DNA from: Candidatus Anstonellaceae archaeon
GTDB taxonomy: Archaea > Micrarchaeota > Micrarchaeia > Anstonellales > Anstonellaceae
Assembly: GCA_038891035.1 (NCBI GenBank)
Contig: JAWAEW010000005.1
Span: 1,425-65,424, forward strand
Direction of reading: 5' to 3'
DNA length: 64,000 bases
Shown here in pieces: positions 20,531 through 30,202 of the stretch (positions are counted from its first letter, which is position 1; each line of letters opens with the position of its first letter). The position numbers were made by a program, and so were the translations under genes. Below the pieces are notes generated by a model that made no database searches, had not been told where the DNA came from, and saw nothing but the letters and a program-made list of their open reading frames with translations.

Positions 20531-20980
20531 ATGGTGGTTTGGATGCTTGCTGAAAATCAAAAGGTCCCAGAATTCTCTTTACCTGACCCAACAGGAAAAG
20601 ACATACGGCTTTCTGATTTCAAAGGAAAAGTGGTTGTTTTGTACTTTTATCCAAAGGACGACACTCCTGGCTGCACCACTGAGGCTTGTAATTTCAGGGA
20701 CATATACAGTGAGCTTAAGAGTTTGGGGGCCGAAGTGGTTGGAGTTTCTCCAGACAGCCCGAAATCTCATTCTGCATTTGCGTCCAAATACGGCCTTCCT
20801 TTCCTACTACTTTCTGACCAGAAAAAAGAGGTTGCAAAGCTTTTTGGAGCGCTCAAGGATGACGGCTCGATCCTTCGCTCCACTTTTATAATAGACAAGG
20901 AAGGGAGGTTGAAGAAGGCATTCTTTGGGGTGGATCCTGCAAAGCACCATCAAGAGGTACTGAAATTTTTGAGAGAATGA
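20531..20980 (+). CDS. bcp: Peroxiredoxin (Bcp / AhpC-TSA family thiol peroxidase)
   Basis: FYPKDDTPGCTTEACNFRD peroxidatic Cys motif. Confidence 0.85.
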   Translation: MVVWMLAENQKVPEFSLPDPTGKDIRLSDFKGKVVVLYFYPKDDTPGCTTEACNFRDIYSELKSLGAEVVGVSPDSPKSHSAFASKYGLPFLLLSDQKKEVAKLFGALKDDGSILRSTFIIDKEGRLKKAFFGVDPAKHHQEVLKFLRE

Positions 20981-20981
20981 G

Positions 20982-21446
20982 TCATTTTTGCTGTGCGACT
21001 ATTACTATATCAGCAGTATTTCGCAGAGCAACCGAAAAGCCAGGCTCGCTTCCGATTACAATTGTCTCTTTTCCGAGCTCTTTTGCCTTTACAAGCACTG
21101 GCCTAAAATCTATATCGCGTGTCATCAGAGCAATTGCCTGGATGTGTGGATTATAAACTTGAACCATCGCTTCTACTGCCATAGTTACATCGACATCACC
21201 AGTAGTTACTACTGGCTCATAGCCCTGATTGGTCATTGCCTCAATCAGTTTATCTGAGGCGTACTGGTCAAGAAAAATCTTGGCCACTTTTATTTGTCCA
21301 TACTGTTCGACTGCCTTTTTTACTTGCACTAAATCCAATCGGACATCCTTGCGAATCACATTCGGTCCATCAATAAAAAGGGCGATGTTTTTGTCTTTTT
21401 TCTTTTTTTGCAGCATGGATTTGATTTTGTCCAGCATGCTTGCCAT
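20982..21446 (-). CDS. NYN (LabA-like) domain protein
   Basis: NIALFIDGPNV, GDVDVTMAVEA and IALMTRDIDFRPVL match the NYN/LabA consensus. Confidence 0.75.
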   Translation of the reverse strand: MASMLDKIKSMLQKKKKDKNIALFIDGPNVIRKDVRLDLVQVKKAVEQYGQIKVAKIFLDQYASDKLIEAMTNQGYEPVVTTGDVDVTMAVEAMVQVYNPHIQAIALMTRDIDFRPVLVKAKELGKETIVIGSEPGFSVALRNTADIVIVAQQK

Positions 21447-21450
21447 ACCA

Positions 21451-22185
21451 TCACCTTTTTCCTATATTGAAAAATGAAATTGTATTGAATAAAGTTCGGT
21501 ATTTTGCTTCTTCAACCGACCAATTCTTTGCCTCTGCAATTAGCTTTATTGACTCAAATGTGTCAGATGGGGATTTGCCAATTGCAGGCGCATCAGATTC
21601 TGCCAATATGCGCTCTGGAGGAATTAGAGAAATCAGTTCTTTTCTCCTACCACTTCTCAGTGGAGGCACAGAGATCCAGCCATTTTTAGAAGTAGCTTGG
21701 GCTGCAGTTGCGGCATCTCCTGAAAAGCAGTGCAAAAGGTAGTGAAGGTTGAAGTTTTCTAAGATTTCCACGCACTCTTTTTCAGCCTGCCTGCTGTGCA
21801 CCACTACAGGAAGCCCTAGCCTTTCTGCAAGCTGAAGCTGAGATATGAAGCACTCGTGCTGTAAGTACTTTTCTTCTTCTGTTTTGCCCCAATAGTAATC
21901 CAGTCCAATTTCACCTATGCCTACAAGCTTGCCGGCAGGGGCAATTTCCTTTTCTATTGCCTCCTCCCACTCAACAAGCGAAACCTTTATCTGCTTGTGT
22001 CTGATTGCCTCCTGCGGCGAGATTCCAGCACAGATATACACGTTTGGATGCTCTTGAGCTATTTTGGCATTTCTTAAGTTGGTCTGATGAGAGGTGCCAC
22101 AGCTAATAATCAAAATATCTGGAGGGATGGGACCACTGCAGGATTCTACATGGCAGTGCGCATCTGCAAAGGTGTAACCTTCCAT
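21451..22185 (-). CDS. TatD-family metal-dependent hydrolase/DNase
   Basis: DAHCHVE N-terminal motif. GEIGLDYYW. HSRQAEKE. HCFSGD. Confidence 0.8.
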   Translation of the reverse strand: MEGYTFADAHCHVESCSGPIPPDILIISCGTSHQTNLRNAKIAQEHPNVYICAGISPQEAIRHKQIKVSLVEWEEAIEKEIAPAGKLVGIGEIGLDYYWGKTEEEKYLQHECFISQLQLAERLGLPVVVHSRQAEKECVEILENFNLHYLLHCFSGDAATAAQATSKNGWISVPPLRSGRRKELISLIPPERILAESDAPAIGKSPSDTFESIKLIAEAKNWSVEEAKYRTLFNTISFFNIGKR

Positions 22186-22192
22186 TCAATCA

Positions 22193-22540
22193 CTACTCTA
22201 CATCAGAAAGCCTTGCCCTGATTCTCTTTTTCACTAGATGATCATGCGCAAGCATTCCATGGCGTATCTTTCGAATTGCCAGGAGCAAAAGCAGAAGGAA
22301 AACGAAAAAAAATGTAGAATCAACCAGGCGCTGGCTTTCTTGCTCAAGCAACCTGAAGGTAGAAGCAAACTCTGCAGTGAAGAAGAGCAGCAAGGCTGCC
22401 ACCATTATCTGAAATGTCTTTGAAAAGGAGCTGCTTCGATCCCTCCAATACATAGGAACAATTGTCCAAATCAAATAGGCTGCCACTGCAAGATTGGCAA
22501 TGCGTATCAAAAGCTCAAGAACGCTTAAATAGTCGGTCAT
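22193..22540 (-). CDS. Small membrane protein (hypothetical, 3 predicted TM)
   Basis: Hydrophobic ORF. No domain recognised. Confidence 0.4.
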   Translation of the reverse strand: MTDYLSVLELLIRIANLAVAAYLIWTIVPMYWRDRSSSFSKTFQIMVAALLLFFTAEFASTFRLLEQESQRLVDSTFFFVFLLLLLLAIRKIRHGMLAHDHLVKKRIRARLSDVE

Positions 22541-22590
22541 AATCAGAATTTGCTTTTATCCCTTATATTCTTATCTGCTCAAACTGCTTC

Positions 22591-23124
22591 ATGAGGCTTT
22601 TTGTTGCAATTAGAGTGCCAAAGGATGCATTGCCTCAAATCCAAAGAGTATCTGCCCCGCTTGAAGGCGCACTTGGAGTAAAAATGACAAAGCCTGAAAA
22701 TCTGCACATTACTCTTCGGTTCATAGGAGAAGTAGAAACCCAACAGGCAGAAAAGATAGCTGAGGCTTTAAACCGGATTGAGTTTGAGCCTTTCGAAGTT
22801 AAGCTTTTCTTAGCAGGGGCATTTCCAAACAGACATTTTCCAAGAGCAATATGGATAGGTGGAAGCAGCCAGGAAGCAAGCCAACTTGCATCAAAGATTG
22901 ACTCAGTCTTGTCCTTTCTGAAGCTTCCGCAAGAGGAATTCAGACTGCATCTGACTGTTGCGCGTGCCCCGAAAAGTGCTGCGGATATAGATGACTTCCT
23001 CAACCAGCCACCGTTTTGCATTTCCTTTCCAGTAGATGCATTCTTTTTGATAAGAAGTAGACTTACACCGGAAGGCCCAATCTACGAAGATATAAAAAAA
23101 TACAGTGCCAACAAGCCTGCGTGA
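22591..23124 (+). CDS. ligT: 2'-5' RNA ligase / 2H phosphoesterase (LigT)
   Basis: Two H-x-T/S-x motifs (HITLRF and HLTVAR). Confidence 0.8.
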   Translation: MRLFVAIRVPKDALPQIQRVSAPLEGALGVKMTKPENLHITLRFIGEVETQQAEKIAEALNRIEFEPFEVKLFLAGAFPNRHFPRAIWIGGSSQEASQLASKIDSVLSFLKLPQEEFRLHLTVARAPKSAADIDDFLNQPPFCISFPVDAFFLIRSRLTPEGPIYEDIKKYSANKPA

Positions 23125-23761
23125 TGCCATGAGGCAAATAAAGATAGTTCCAGCGATTCTTTCCAAGACAAAGGAGGACTTTCAAGACAAGCTTAAGAGG
23201 GTGCAGTCCTTTGTGGATATGGTTCAAGTGGATGTAATGGATGGTGTTTTTGTCCCAAACAAGACTTTGGAACCTGAATTTTTTCCTAACTTTCCAAAAG
23301 GGATGAAGGTTGAATACCATCTAATGGTAAATTCTCCTTTGGAGTATGTCAAAAGGATCGGGCACAAAAAAGCAATATACGAGCTTCATGTAGAAGCCTT
23401 GACGGATATAAATAAGGCAATAAAGGAGGTGAGGGGAATGGGAGGAGATGTGGCCCTTGCTATTTCTCCAGATACCCCCTCCTCTACAGTTGAGCCTTAT
23501 CTGGACCAAATTACGCATGTACTTGTTATGACTGTTTACCCTGGCTTTTCTGGGCAGAAATATCTGCAAACGATGGAAGATAAGATAATGAGGCTTGCCA
23601 GGTTAGGCGCAATTGTTGAAATAGATGGTGGTGTTGAAGTCGGAGTGGTAAAAAGAGCGGCAGCAGCAGGTGCAACCATGTTCGCAGCAGCCTCTGCAAT
23701 ATTTTCCAAAGGAGACGTAAAGCGCGCCATAGATGAGCTTATGCAGGATGCCCAAATTTAG
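23105..23761 (+). CDS. rpe: Ribulose-phosphate 3-epimerase
   Basis: KIVPAILS...VQVDVMDGVFVPN and Rpe-type TIM barrel motifs. Confidence 0.85.
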   Translation: MPTSLRDAMRQIKIVPAILSKTKEDFQDKLKRVQSFVDMVQVDVMDGVFVPNKTLEPEFFPNFPKGMKVEYHLMVNSPLEYVKRIGHKKAIYELHVEALTDINKAIKEVRGMGGDVALAISPDTPSSTVEPYLDQITHVLVMTVYPGFSGQKYLQTMEDKIMRLARLGAIVEIDGGVEVGVVKRAAAAGATMFAAASAIFSKGDVKRAIDELMQDAQI

Positions 23762-23781
23762 CTTTAATTTTAAAGTTTGCC

Positions 23782-24663
23782 TTGCAAAGTTTGAATGGGG
23801 GCATTTTTGTGCAGCCGAGGCTTAAGACGATCAAAGAATTAAAGCTTATGGCCAACACTATCCGCTGCGACATTATCAGAATGCTTGCGGCAGCAGGCTC
23901 CGGCCATACGGCAGGTCCACTCGGACTTGCAGACATCTTTTCCATATTGTACTTTCATGAGATGGAATACGACCCTTCCAATCCCAAGGACCCAAATCGA
24001 GACAGGCTGGTGCTTTCAAATGGGCATTGCGCACCCGTGCTTTATGCTACACTGGCTCGTGCAGGCTATTTTCCAATAGAAGACACACTTTCTTTGCGCA
24101 AGCTCGGCTCGCGCTTTCAGGGCCATCCAAGCAGGCATTGGATGCCTGAAGTAGAAACTTCCTCTGGCCCGCTGGGCGAGGGACTTGCTATTGCATGCGG
24201 AATTGCGCTTGCAGGAAAACTGGATGGGCGCAATTTTCGCGTTTTCTGCATCACTTCTGATGGAGAGCATCAAGAAGGTGCTACGTGGGAGGCGGTTATG
24301 TTTGCATCAAAATACAAGCTGGATAATCTAATTGCAATTTGCGACAGAAACTACATCCAAATTGATGGGCCTACTGAAGAAGTTATGCCGGTTTTGGATT
24401 TGACAGAAAAATATCGTGCTTTTGGATGGAACGCTATCTCTGTAAATGGGCACGATTACGAAAATATAATTTCTGCTCTCAAGCAGGCAAGCAGCACAAA
24501 AGGCAAGCCTACCATGATTGTGGCCTATACCACACCAGGCAAGGGAGTTTCATTCGTAGAAAACAAGCATGAGTGGCACGGCAAGGCTCCAAAGCCCCAA
24601 GAAGCTGATTTGGCGCTGAAGGAGCTTGAAGAAGAAAGAAAAAGGATTGAGGGAGAGCTGTGA
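23782..24663 (+). CDS. Transketolase, N-terminal (TPP-binding) subunit
   Basis: GSGHTAGPLG, SNGH and GDGE TPP-binding motifs. Split tkt as in archaea. Confidence 0.9.
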   Translation: MQSLNGGIFVQPRLKTIKELKLMANTIRCDIIRMLAAAGSGHTAGPLGLADIFSILYFHEMEYDPSNPKDPNRDRLVLSNGHCAPVLYATLARAGYFPIEDTLSLRKLGSRFQGHPSRHWMPEVETSSGPLGEGLAIACGIALAGKLDGRNFRVFCITSDGEHQEGATWEAVMFASKYKLDNLIAICDRNYIQIDGPTEEVMPVLDLTEKYRAFGWNAISVNGHDYENIISALKQASSTKGKPTMIVAYTTPGKGVSFVENKHEWHGKAPKPQEADLALKELEEERKRIEGEL

Positions 24664-25643
24664 ACATTTTGCCTGAAATGCACCTTAAGGATATAAATTT
24701 TCAGCTTGCCTCTGCGGCAACGCGAGAAGCATTTGGGGACGCGCTTGCAAAAATAGGCGAGCTTGATCCAAACGTTGTCGCCTTATCTGCGGATGTTGCA
24801 GGCTCAGTCCAAATTGCAAAATTTGCCTCAAAGTTCCCAAACCGCTTTTTCAATGTCGGAGTTGCAGAGCAGAATCTTGCCTCAGTTGCTGCAGGGCTTG
24901 CATATAGCGGCAAGATTGCATTTATTGGCGCCTTTGCGGCATTCTCTCCTGGAAGGAATTGGGAGCAAATAAGGACAACCATATGCTACGGCGAAGCAAA
25001 TGTAAAAATTGAGGGCTCACATTCTGGATTAGATGTAGGCGAAGACGGAGCCACCCACCAGATGCTTGAGGATTTGGCGCTCATGCGCTGCTTGCCAAAT
25101 ATGGTAGTTGTTTCGCCGTGCGATTATAATGAAGCTTACAAGGCAACGTTTGCTGCATGGAAAACACCTGGTCCTTTTTACATAAGGTGTACTCGGGGCA
25201 AGATACCCATCTTTACTACCGAAGAGACGCCCTTTGAGCTTGGCAAGATCAACCTTCTTTGCGAAGGAAGCGATCTTGCAATTGTTGCAACTGGAAATAC
25301 GGTCTATCCTTCTTTAGTTGCGGCTTCTATGCTTGAAAATGAAGGCTTCTCGGTTGCAGTCGCAAATATGCATACGATCTCAGACCCTGACGAAAACATG
25401 CTGGAAAGGCTTGCTAGAACCTGCGGTGCAATTTTGACTGTGGAGGACCATCAAGTAAAAGGAGGATTGGGAAGCGCTGTGTGCGAGGCTCTTTCGGCTC
25501 GCTATCCTGTTCTAATAAGAAGACATGGGGTGAATATGGCCTTTGGCGAGTCTGGCAGTGGAAGCCAAGTGCTTGCAAAGTATGGATTGGATGCTAAAGG
25601 CATTGCATCGGTTGCAAAGCAGCAAATTGAGGTGAGAAAATGA
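24660..25643 (+). CDS. Transketolase, C-terminal (pyrimidine-binding) subunit
   Basis: FNVGVAEQN...EDGATHQ. Start overlaps the N-subunit stop. Confidence 0.9.
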   Translation: MNILPEMHLKDINFQLASAATREAFGDALAKIGELDPNVVALSADVAGSVQIAKFASKFPNRFFNVGVAEQNLASVAAGLAYSGKIAFIGAFAAFSPGRNWEQIRTTICYGEANVKIEGSHSGLDVGEDGATHQMLEDLALMRCLPNMVVVSPCDYNEAYKATFAAWKTPGPFYIRCTRGKIPIFTTEETPFELGKINLLCEGSDLAIVATGNTVYPSLVAASMLENEGFSVAVANMHTISDPDENMLERLARTCGAILTVEDHQVKGGLGSAVCEALSARYPVLIRRHGVNMAFGESGSGSQVLAKYGLDAKGIASVAKQQIEVRK

Positions 25644-26290
25644 AGATATTTTTGGATACTGCAGAAGTGGAAAAAATTAAGCGCTTTGCGCAGCTTGGTT
25701 TGGTGGATGGGGTTACCACAAATCCGACTCTGATACTCAAATCAGGAAGAAAGCAGAAGGAAGTGATTGAAGAAATTTGCAAAATAGTAAAAGGACCAGT
25801 CTCGGTAGAAGGGGTGGAAGAAAAAGCTGAAGGAATGGTTAAGGATGGGCGAGAATTTGCAAAGTGGGCAAAAAATGTAGTGGTCAAAATCCCTATGACT
25901 GCTGAGGGGATGAAGGCTGTAAGGATGCTTTCTGAGGAGGGGATCAAGACTAATGTGACTTTGGTATTTACTGCAAGCCAGGCACTGCTGGCTGCAAAGG
26001 CAGGGGCAACCTATGTCTCTCCATTTGTTGGTAGGCTAGATGACATCAACATAAACGGGATGGATTTGATACGCCAGATTATGAAGATATATGGCAACTA
26101 TGGCTTTAAGACTGAAGTAATAGTTGCTTCTGTCAGAAGCGAGAGGCATGTTTTGGAGGCGGCAGAAGCTGGTGCACATATTGCAACCGTTCCACCAGAG
26201 GTGCTGGAAAAAATGTTTTACCATCCACTCACAGAAAAAGGTATAAAGAAATTTTTGGAGGACTACCTTGCTGCAGCAAAGAGCAAATAG
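25640..26290 (+). CDS. Transaldolase / fructose-6-phosphate aldolase (short Tal/FSA type)
   Basis: [15 protein letters not shown] and VKIP, with Schiff-base Lys context. Confidence 0.85.
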   Translation: MKIFLDTAEVEKIKRFAQLGLVDGVTTNPTLILKSGRKQKEVIEEICKIVKGPVSVEGVEEKAEGMVKDGREFAKWAKNVVVKIPMTAEGMKAVRMLSEEGIKTNVTLVFTASQALLAAKAGATYVSPFVGRLDDININGMDLIRQIMKIYGNYGFKTEVIVASVRSERHVLEAAEAGAHIATVPPEVLEKMFYHPLTEKGIKKFLEDYLAAAKSK

Positions 26291-26295
26291 GGGTT

Positions 26296-27666
26296 TTGAT
26301 GAAGTGCGCTCACCCAAATAAAGCTCAAGAAGTATTTTCCAAAGTCTTGCTCAAGATAAAACCTACTCCCAAGGAAAATGAAAAGAGTTTAAAGGCGGCT
26401 TATGTATTAATTGAGAAGCTTAAGAAAGTGGCTCCTTCTTTTGTGCGAATAGAGCTTGCAGGTTCGCTTGCAAAAGGAACCAACTTGAAAGGCAGAAATG
26501 AATTTGATATTTTCATTTTATTTCCTCGACACTACTCCCATCACGAGATAGCTTTACTGGGGCTATCTTATGCTCGCAGGGCTTTTGCCGGAATGCATTT
26601 GGAGTCACGCTATGCAGAGCATCCTTATATTCAGATCCAAACGCCTTATTACAAAGCAGATGTGGTGCCTGCATACAACATAGAAAGCATAGAGCAAAAA
26701 GGCTCATCGGTAGATCGTTCAATACTTCATACTAGATATGTAAATGCTCACCTTTCTTTGCAACAAAAAGACGAAGTAAGACTGTTAAAACGGTTTATGA
26801 AAAATTTTGGCATCTATGGAGCTGAACTTCGGGTAGAGGGATTTTCAGGCTACCTTTGTGAGCTTCTGCTAATAAAATATGGTTCGCTGCTTTCATTGAT
26901 GGAGGCTGCCTCAACATGGAGCCAGCCAACAATTGTATTTGAAGGAAGCATAAGCGAGGAAGAGGCCAGGAAGAGGTTTTCTTCGCCTCTGGTCGTAGTT
27001 GACCCTGTGGACCCAAGACGAAACGTTGCAGCAGTTGTATCTCAAACGTCTCTTTCCAGATTTATATTTGAGTGTAGGAGGTTTCTAAAGGCACCGTCCG
27101 AAAGATTCTTTTTCTTGAAAAAACCTCGCAAAAGCCCATCAGGGATAGTAAAGCACATACAAGAGAGAGGAACAGAATGCCTTGCAGTGATATTCCCTGC
27201 TCCAAAAACTATTCCAGATGTCCTTTGGCCTCAGCTGAAAAAAACTGCGCATGCGATTGTTAGGAAACTTCAAGAGCAAGATTTCGGGGTCTTTGGGTTC
27301 TACTATTGGAGCGATGGCAAAGAATGTGACATACTTCTTGAGCTTGACCGCTGGAAGCTTCCGAAAATCAAAAAACTGCAAGGCCCTTCTGTACAATTTG
27401 CCTCTGATGTAGACTCATTCATAATAAAGCACTCGAAAGCGCTCAATATCCATTTGGAACATGATAAGATAGTAGCAGTGGAAAAGCGGAAGGAAACTGA
27501 AGCAAGAAGATTTCTGTTAAAGTCTATTTCAAATACTGCTGGTATGGGTATTCCAGTTTTAATGGAAAAGCAATTAAGGTTGGCAAAAGTCCTACCTGCA
27601 TCTTTGATTGCAAACAGAAAAAGGCTTGAATTTCTTTCGGACTACTTTTTTGCAAAAATAGCATGA
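26296..27666 (+). CDS. cca: CCA-adding enzyme (class I archaeal tRNA nucleotidyltransferase)
   Basis: GSLAKGTNLKGRNEFDIFILFP nucleotidyltransferase motif. Archaeal CCA architecture. Confidence 0.85.
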   Translation: MMKCAHPNKAQEVFSKVLLKIKPTPKENEKSLKAAYVLIEKLKKVAPSFVRIELAGSLAKGTNLKGRNEFDIFILFPRHYSHHEIALLGLSYARRAFAGMHLESRYAEHPYIQIQTPYYKADVVPAYNIESIEQKGSSVDRSILHTRYVNAHLSLQQKDEVRLLKRFMKNFGIYGAELRVEGFSGYLCELLLIKYGSLLSLMEAASTWSQPTIVFEGSISEEEARKRFSSPLVVVDPVDPRRNVAAVVSQTSLSRFIFECRRFLKAPSERFFFLKKPRKSPSGIVKHIQERGTECLAVIFPAPKTIPDVLWPQLKKTAHAIVRKLQEQDFGVFGFYYWSDGKECDILLELDRWKLPKIKKLQGPSVQFASDVDSFIIKHSKALNIHLEHDKIVAVEKRKETEARRFLLKSISNTAGMGIPVLMEKQLRLAKVLPASLIANRKRLEFLSDYFFAKIA

Positions 27667-27736
27667 CATTTTTTATTTTTGAACTTGATGAAATTTGAAA
27701 ATGGCTTGCCGAAGGCTAATTTAGGGTGCTACTGAA

Positions 27737-29293
27737 ATGGATTTGCTGGATTCTGTTCTTCAAAAAGCTTGGGCTTCCACATGCCGTGTTGTTTTGAGAA
27801 GAGAGCTTGGAAGTCTGGATCTTTTTCGCCCTTGGCTACTGGAACATATCCCAAAAGTGGCTTGCAGGGATTCGGTTTATGGAAAGGTGATTCTTGCAAG
27901 GGATTGCTATCCAGAAGGAGCATCTTGCGTCCCACAGGATAGGGTAACAATCAACAAAGAATTTACTTTGAGCATAAATCAGATTAAAGACATAGATTCT
28001 ATTATTAGCGCATGCCTTGAAAGGTTTGAATATGTTGGAAACAAAGTTTTAGGAAACAGTGCATTTGTCCGAGACTCAGATATTGTAATTGATTCGCAAT
28101 ACGTAAACAGTTCAACAAACATCGAGGAGTCCTCATATATAGATTGTTCTTTCATGGTTAGGAAAGGTAGCAAATACTGCTTTGGCTCAGGCTATTGTGG
28201 CCAGTCAGAATTTTTGATACGAACAATTGGCACCTTCAACAGCAAATACTGCTTTGAGAGCTATTTTGTCACAGATTCCAGCTCTGCATACTTTTGTGAA
28301 AGCTGTCATGGGTGCAAAGAGATTATGTTCTGTTTTGGGCAGAGAAACTCTTTGTATAAGATAGGCAATCTCCAGCTTCCAAAAGACAAATATTTTTCCT
28401 TGAAAAGCAAGCTGCTTGAGGAGGTTTGCGATGAGCTTGAAAAGGAAGGCAGGTTTCCTGCACTATTTGAAATTGCTAAGGAATCTTCTGAGAGAATGGA
28501 AAAGTTGGAAATTGAAAGCAAAACAATCAAGCAGAATATGAAGATTATTGATAATGGATTTGAAAAAACTTCTAGGATCATACTAAAGCGCGGCCTTGGA
28601 CCTATAAAAGAATATGAAAATTGGCTTATGAACAATAGCCAGAACATTGCAAAAATTAAGAGTGCATTTGGAATGGAAGTAAGTATACCTTTATCATTTG
28701 CTTATTTTTCCTTTCTGCCAAAAGACAGAATAGTCAGTTTTGACGAGATGGAAAAAATAGGCCAGCAGTCGCTTTCCCAACAAGATATAGCAAGCATAAA
28801 ACAGTTGAAGCAAAAGATAGGTAAGATTGCATATTTCACCTCTGAATTTTATGCTGGCGAAAATGCAAACTATATCGACTCGCCAGTGGTCTTCTATGCA
28901 ACCAACGTATACAAGACTTATGATGCCACATATGCAGACAACATAGGCGCATCCTTCCTTGCCTTGAACTCGAAATTTATCTATGGAGGATTCCGCATAC
29001 TTGAATCCCAGTTCTCTATAAAGTGCTATAATTCACTTTACATGAACCGCTGTATGGAGATGGATTCGTGCAGCAAATGCTCAGATTCATACTTTTGCCA
29101 CAATTGTGAAAGCTTGGCGGATTGCATGTTCTGCTTTTCTGCAAAAGGAAAGAGAAATATGATAGGGAACATGCAGCTTTCAAAAGAAAGATACGCAAAA
29201 ATAAAGGATTCTCTTGTGCAACAGATGGCAGACGAGCTTGAGAAGACGAAGAGGCTGCGTTTTAGCATATACTTTGAAAGGGGAAAAGATTAG
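27737..29293 (+). CDS. Cys-rich tandem-module protein, paralogue B (uncharacterised family)
   Basis: MDLLDSVLQKAWASTCRVVLRRELGSLDLFRPWL. CESCHGCKEIMFCFGQRNSLYKIGNLQLPKDKY. Second module ends CSKCSDSYFCHNCESLADCMFCFSAKGKRNMIGNMQLSKERY. Confidence 0.7.
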   Translation: MDLLDSVLQKAWASTCRVVLRRELGSLDLFRPWLLEHIPKVACRDSVYGKVILARDCYPEGASCVPQDRVTINKEFTLSINQIKDIDSIISACLERFEYVGNKVLGNSAFVRDSDIVIDSQYVNSSTNIEESSYIDCSFMVRKGSKYCFGSGYCGQSEFLIRTIGTFNSKYCFESYFVTDSSSAYFCESCHGCKEIMFCFGQRNSLYKIGNLQLPKDKYFSLKSKLLEEVCDELEKEGRFPALFEIAKESSERMEKLEIESKTIKQNMKIIDNGFEKTSRIILKRGLGPIKEYENWLMNNSQNIAKIKSAFGMEVSIPLSFAYFSFLPKDRIVSFDEMEKIGQQSLSQQDIASIKQLKQKIGKIAYFTSEFYAGENANYIDSPVVFYATNVYKTYDATYADNIGASFLALNSKFIYGGFRILESQFSIKCYNSLYMNRCMEMDSCSKCSDSYFCHNCESLADCMFCFSAKGKRNMIGNMQLSKERYAKIKDSLVQQMADELEKTKRLRFSIYFERGKD

Positions 29294-29335
29294 ATTTTTA
29301 TATGTTGAATAGGAATCTGCAAAAGAGGCGAAAGT

Positions 29336-30202
29336 GTGAAAGCGGCAACTTTGTTTGCAGCGGTATTTCTTTTGACGGTTGGATTCGTATTTGCAGGGAC
29401 TGCAAGCTGCCAAGATGGAACCAAGCACGGCAGTTGCTCAAAGGTCAATCCTGGACTTTACTGCATAGACGGAAAACTTCATCCTTATGTTTCGTTTTGC
29501 CCTTGTAGTGCGGTGCCTGGATGGAAGCAGCAAGGAGAAGGCGAGAATGCAGTTTGTGTTCAAGAAAAATGTGCTGATGGGACTGAATCTGGCAAATGCT
29601 CTTCTGATAAGCCGAAGCAGTGCGTAGGAGGTCGGCTGATTGACAACGCAACTGCATGCGGCTGCCCGCCAGGCAAAATTATTAGCCAAAACGGACTTAC
29701 ATGCGTATTTTTGCCATGCAATGATTCTGGAGTGAGCGTGCCAGAAGGGACCTGCTCACCAAAATCAGCAGGCAAGAAATGTGTTGAAGGCAAGCTAGTA
29801 GATAAGGCTTCTGAGTGCCCGTGTGGCGCTGGAACAGTCAAAAAAGGAGAGCGATGTGTGGTGCTTTGCGAGGATGGAACAGAGGTTGGAAGCTGCTCTC
29901 CTTCTAAGCCAAAGGAATGCGTGCTTTCTGGGCTTGGAGTTGGAGTTTTGCTTGATAACGCTTCCAAATGTGGCTGCCCCCCAGGAATGGAGACACAAGG
30001 AAACAGGTGCATAGAGGCTGGCGCAAGTTTGCCTTCCTTGTCGGGAGGGGCAGAAACTTTGACAGAGACTCTGAATGGAAGTGGCACTGAACCACAGCAA
30101 GAAGAAGCGCAGCCGCTTTCATGCTTCTGCTGCCCTTCTGCATTTGCAATCCTGCTTTTGCTTGGGATGATATACAAAGCTAAAGATAGCCCCACATTGT
30201 AA
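29336..30202 (+). CDS. Secreted Cys-rich repeat protein (4 tandem ~48-aa six-Cys repeats) with C-terminal hydrophobic anchor
   Basis: GTG start and signal peptide (MKAATLFAAVFLLTVGFVFAG). Repeats built around DGTxxGxCSxxKPKxCVxGxLxDxAxxCGCPPG. Several N-x-S/T sequons. Ser/Thr/Glu-rich linker. C-terminal CCPSAFAILLLLGMIYKAK. Confidence 0.6.
   Translation: MKAATLFAAVFLLTVGFVFAGTASCQDGTKHGSCSKVNPGLYCIDGKLHPYVSFCPCSAVPGWKQQGEGENAVCVQEKCADGTESGKCSSDKPKQCVGGRLIDNATACGCPPGKIISQNGLTCVFLPCNDSGVSVPEGTCSPKSAGKKCVEGKLVDKASECPCGAGTVKKGERCVVLCEDGTEVGSCSPSKPKECVLSGLGVGVLLDNASKCGCPPGMETQGNRCIEAGASLPSLSGGAETLTETLNGSGTEPQQEEAQPLSCFCCPSAFAILLLLGMIYKAKDSPTL

Noticed and set aside
22635-23021. 128-aa minus-strand ORF
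   Set aside because: Antisense to ligT, which has both H-x-T/S motifs.
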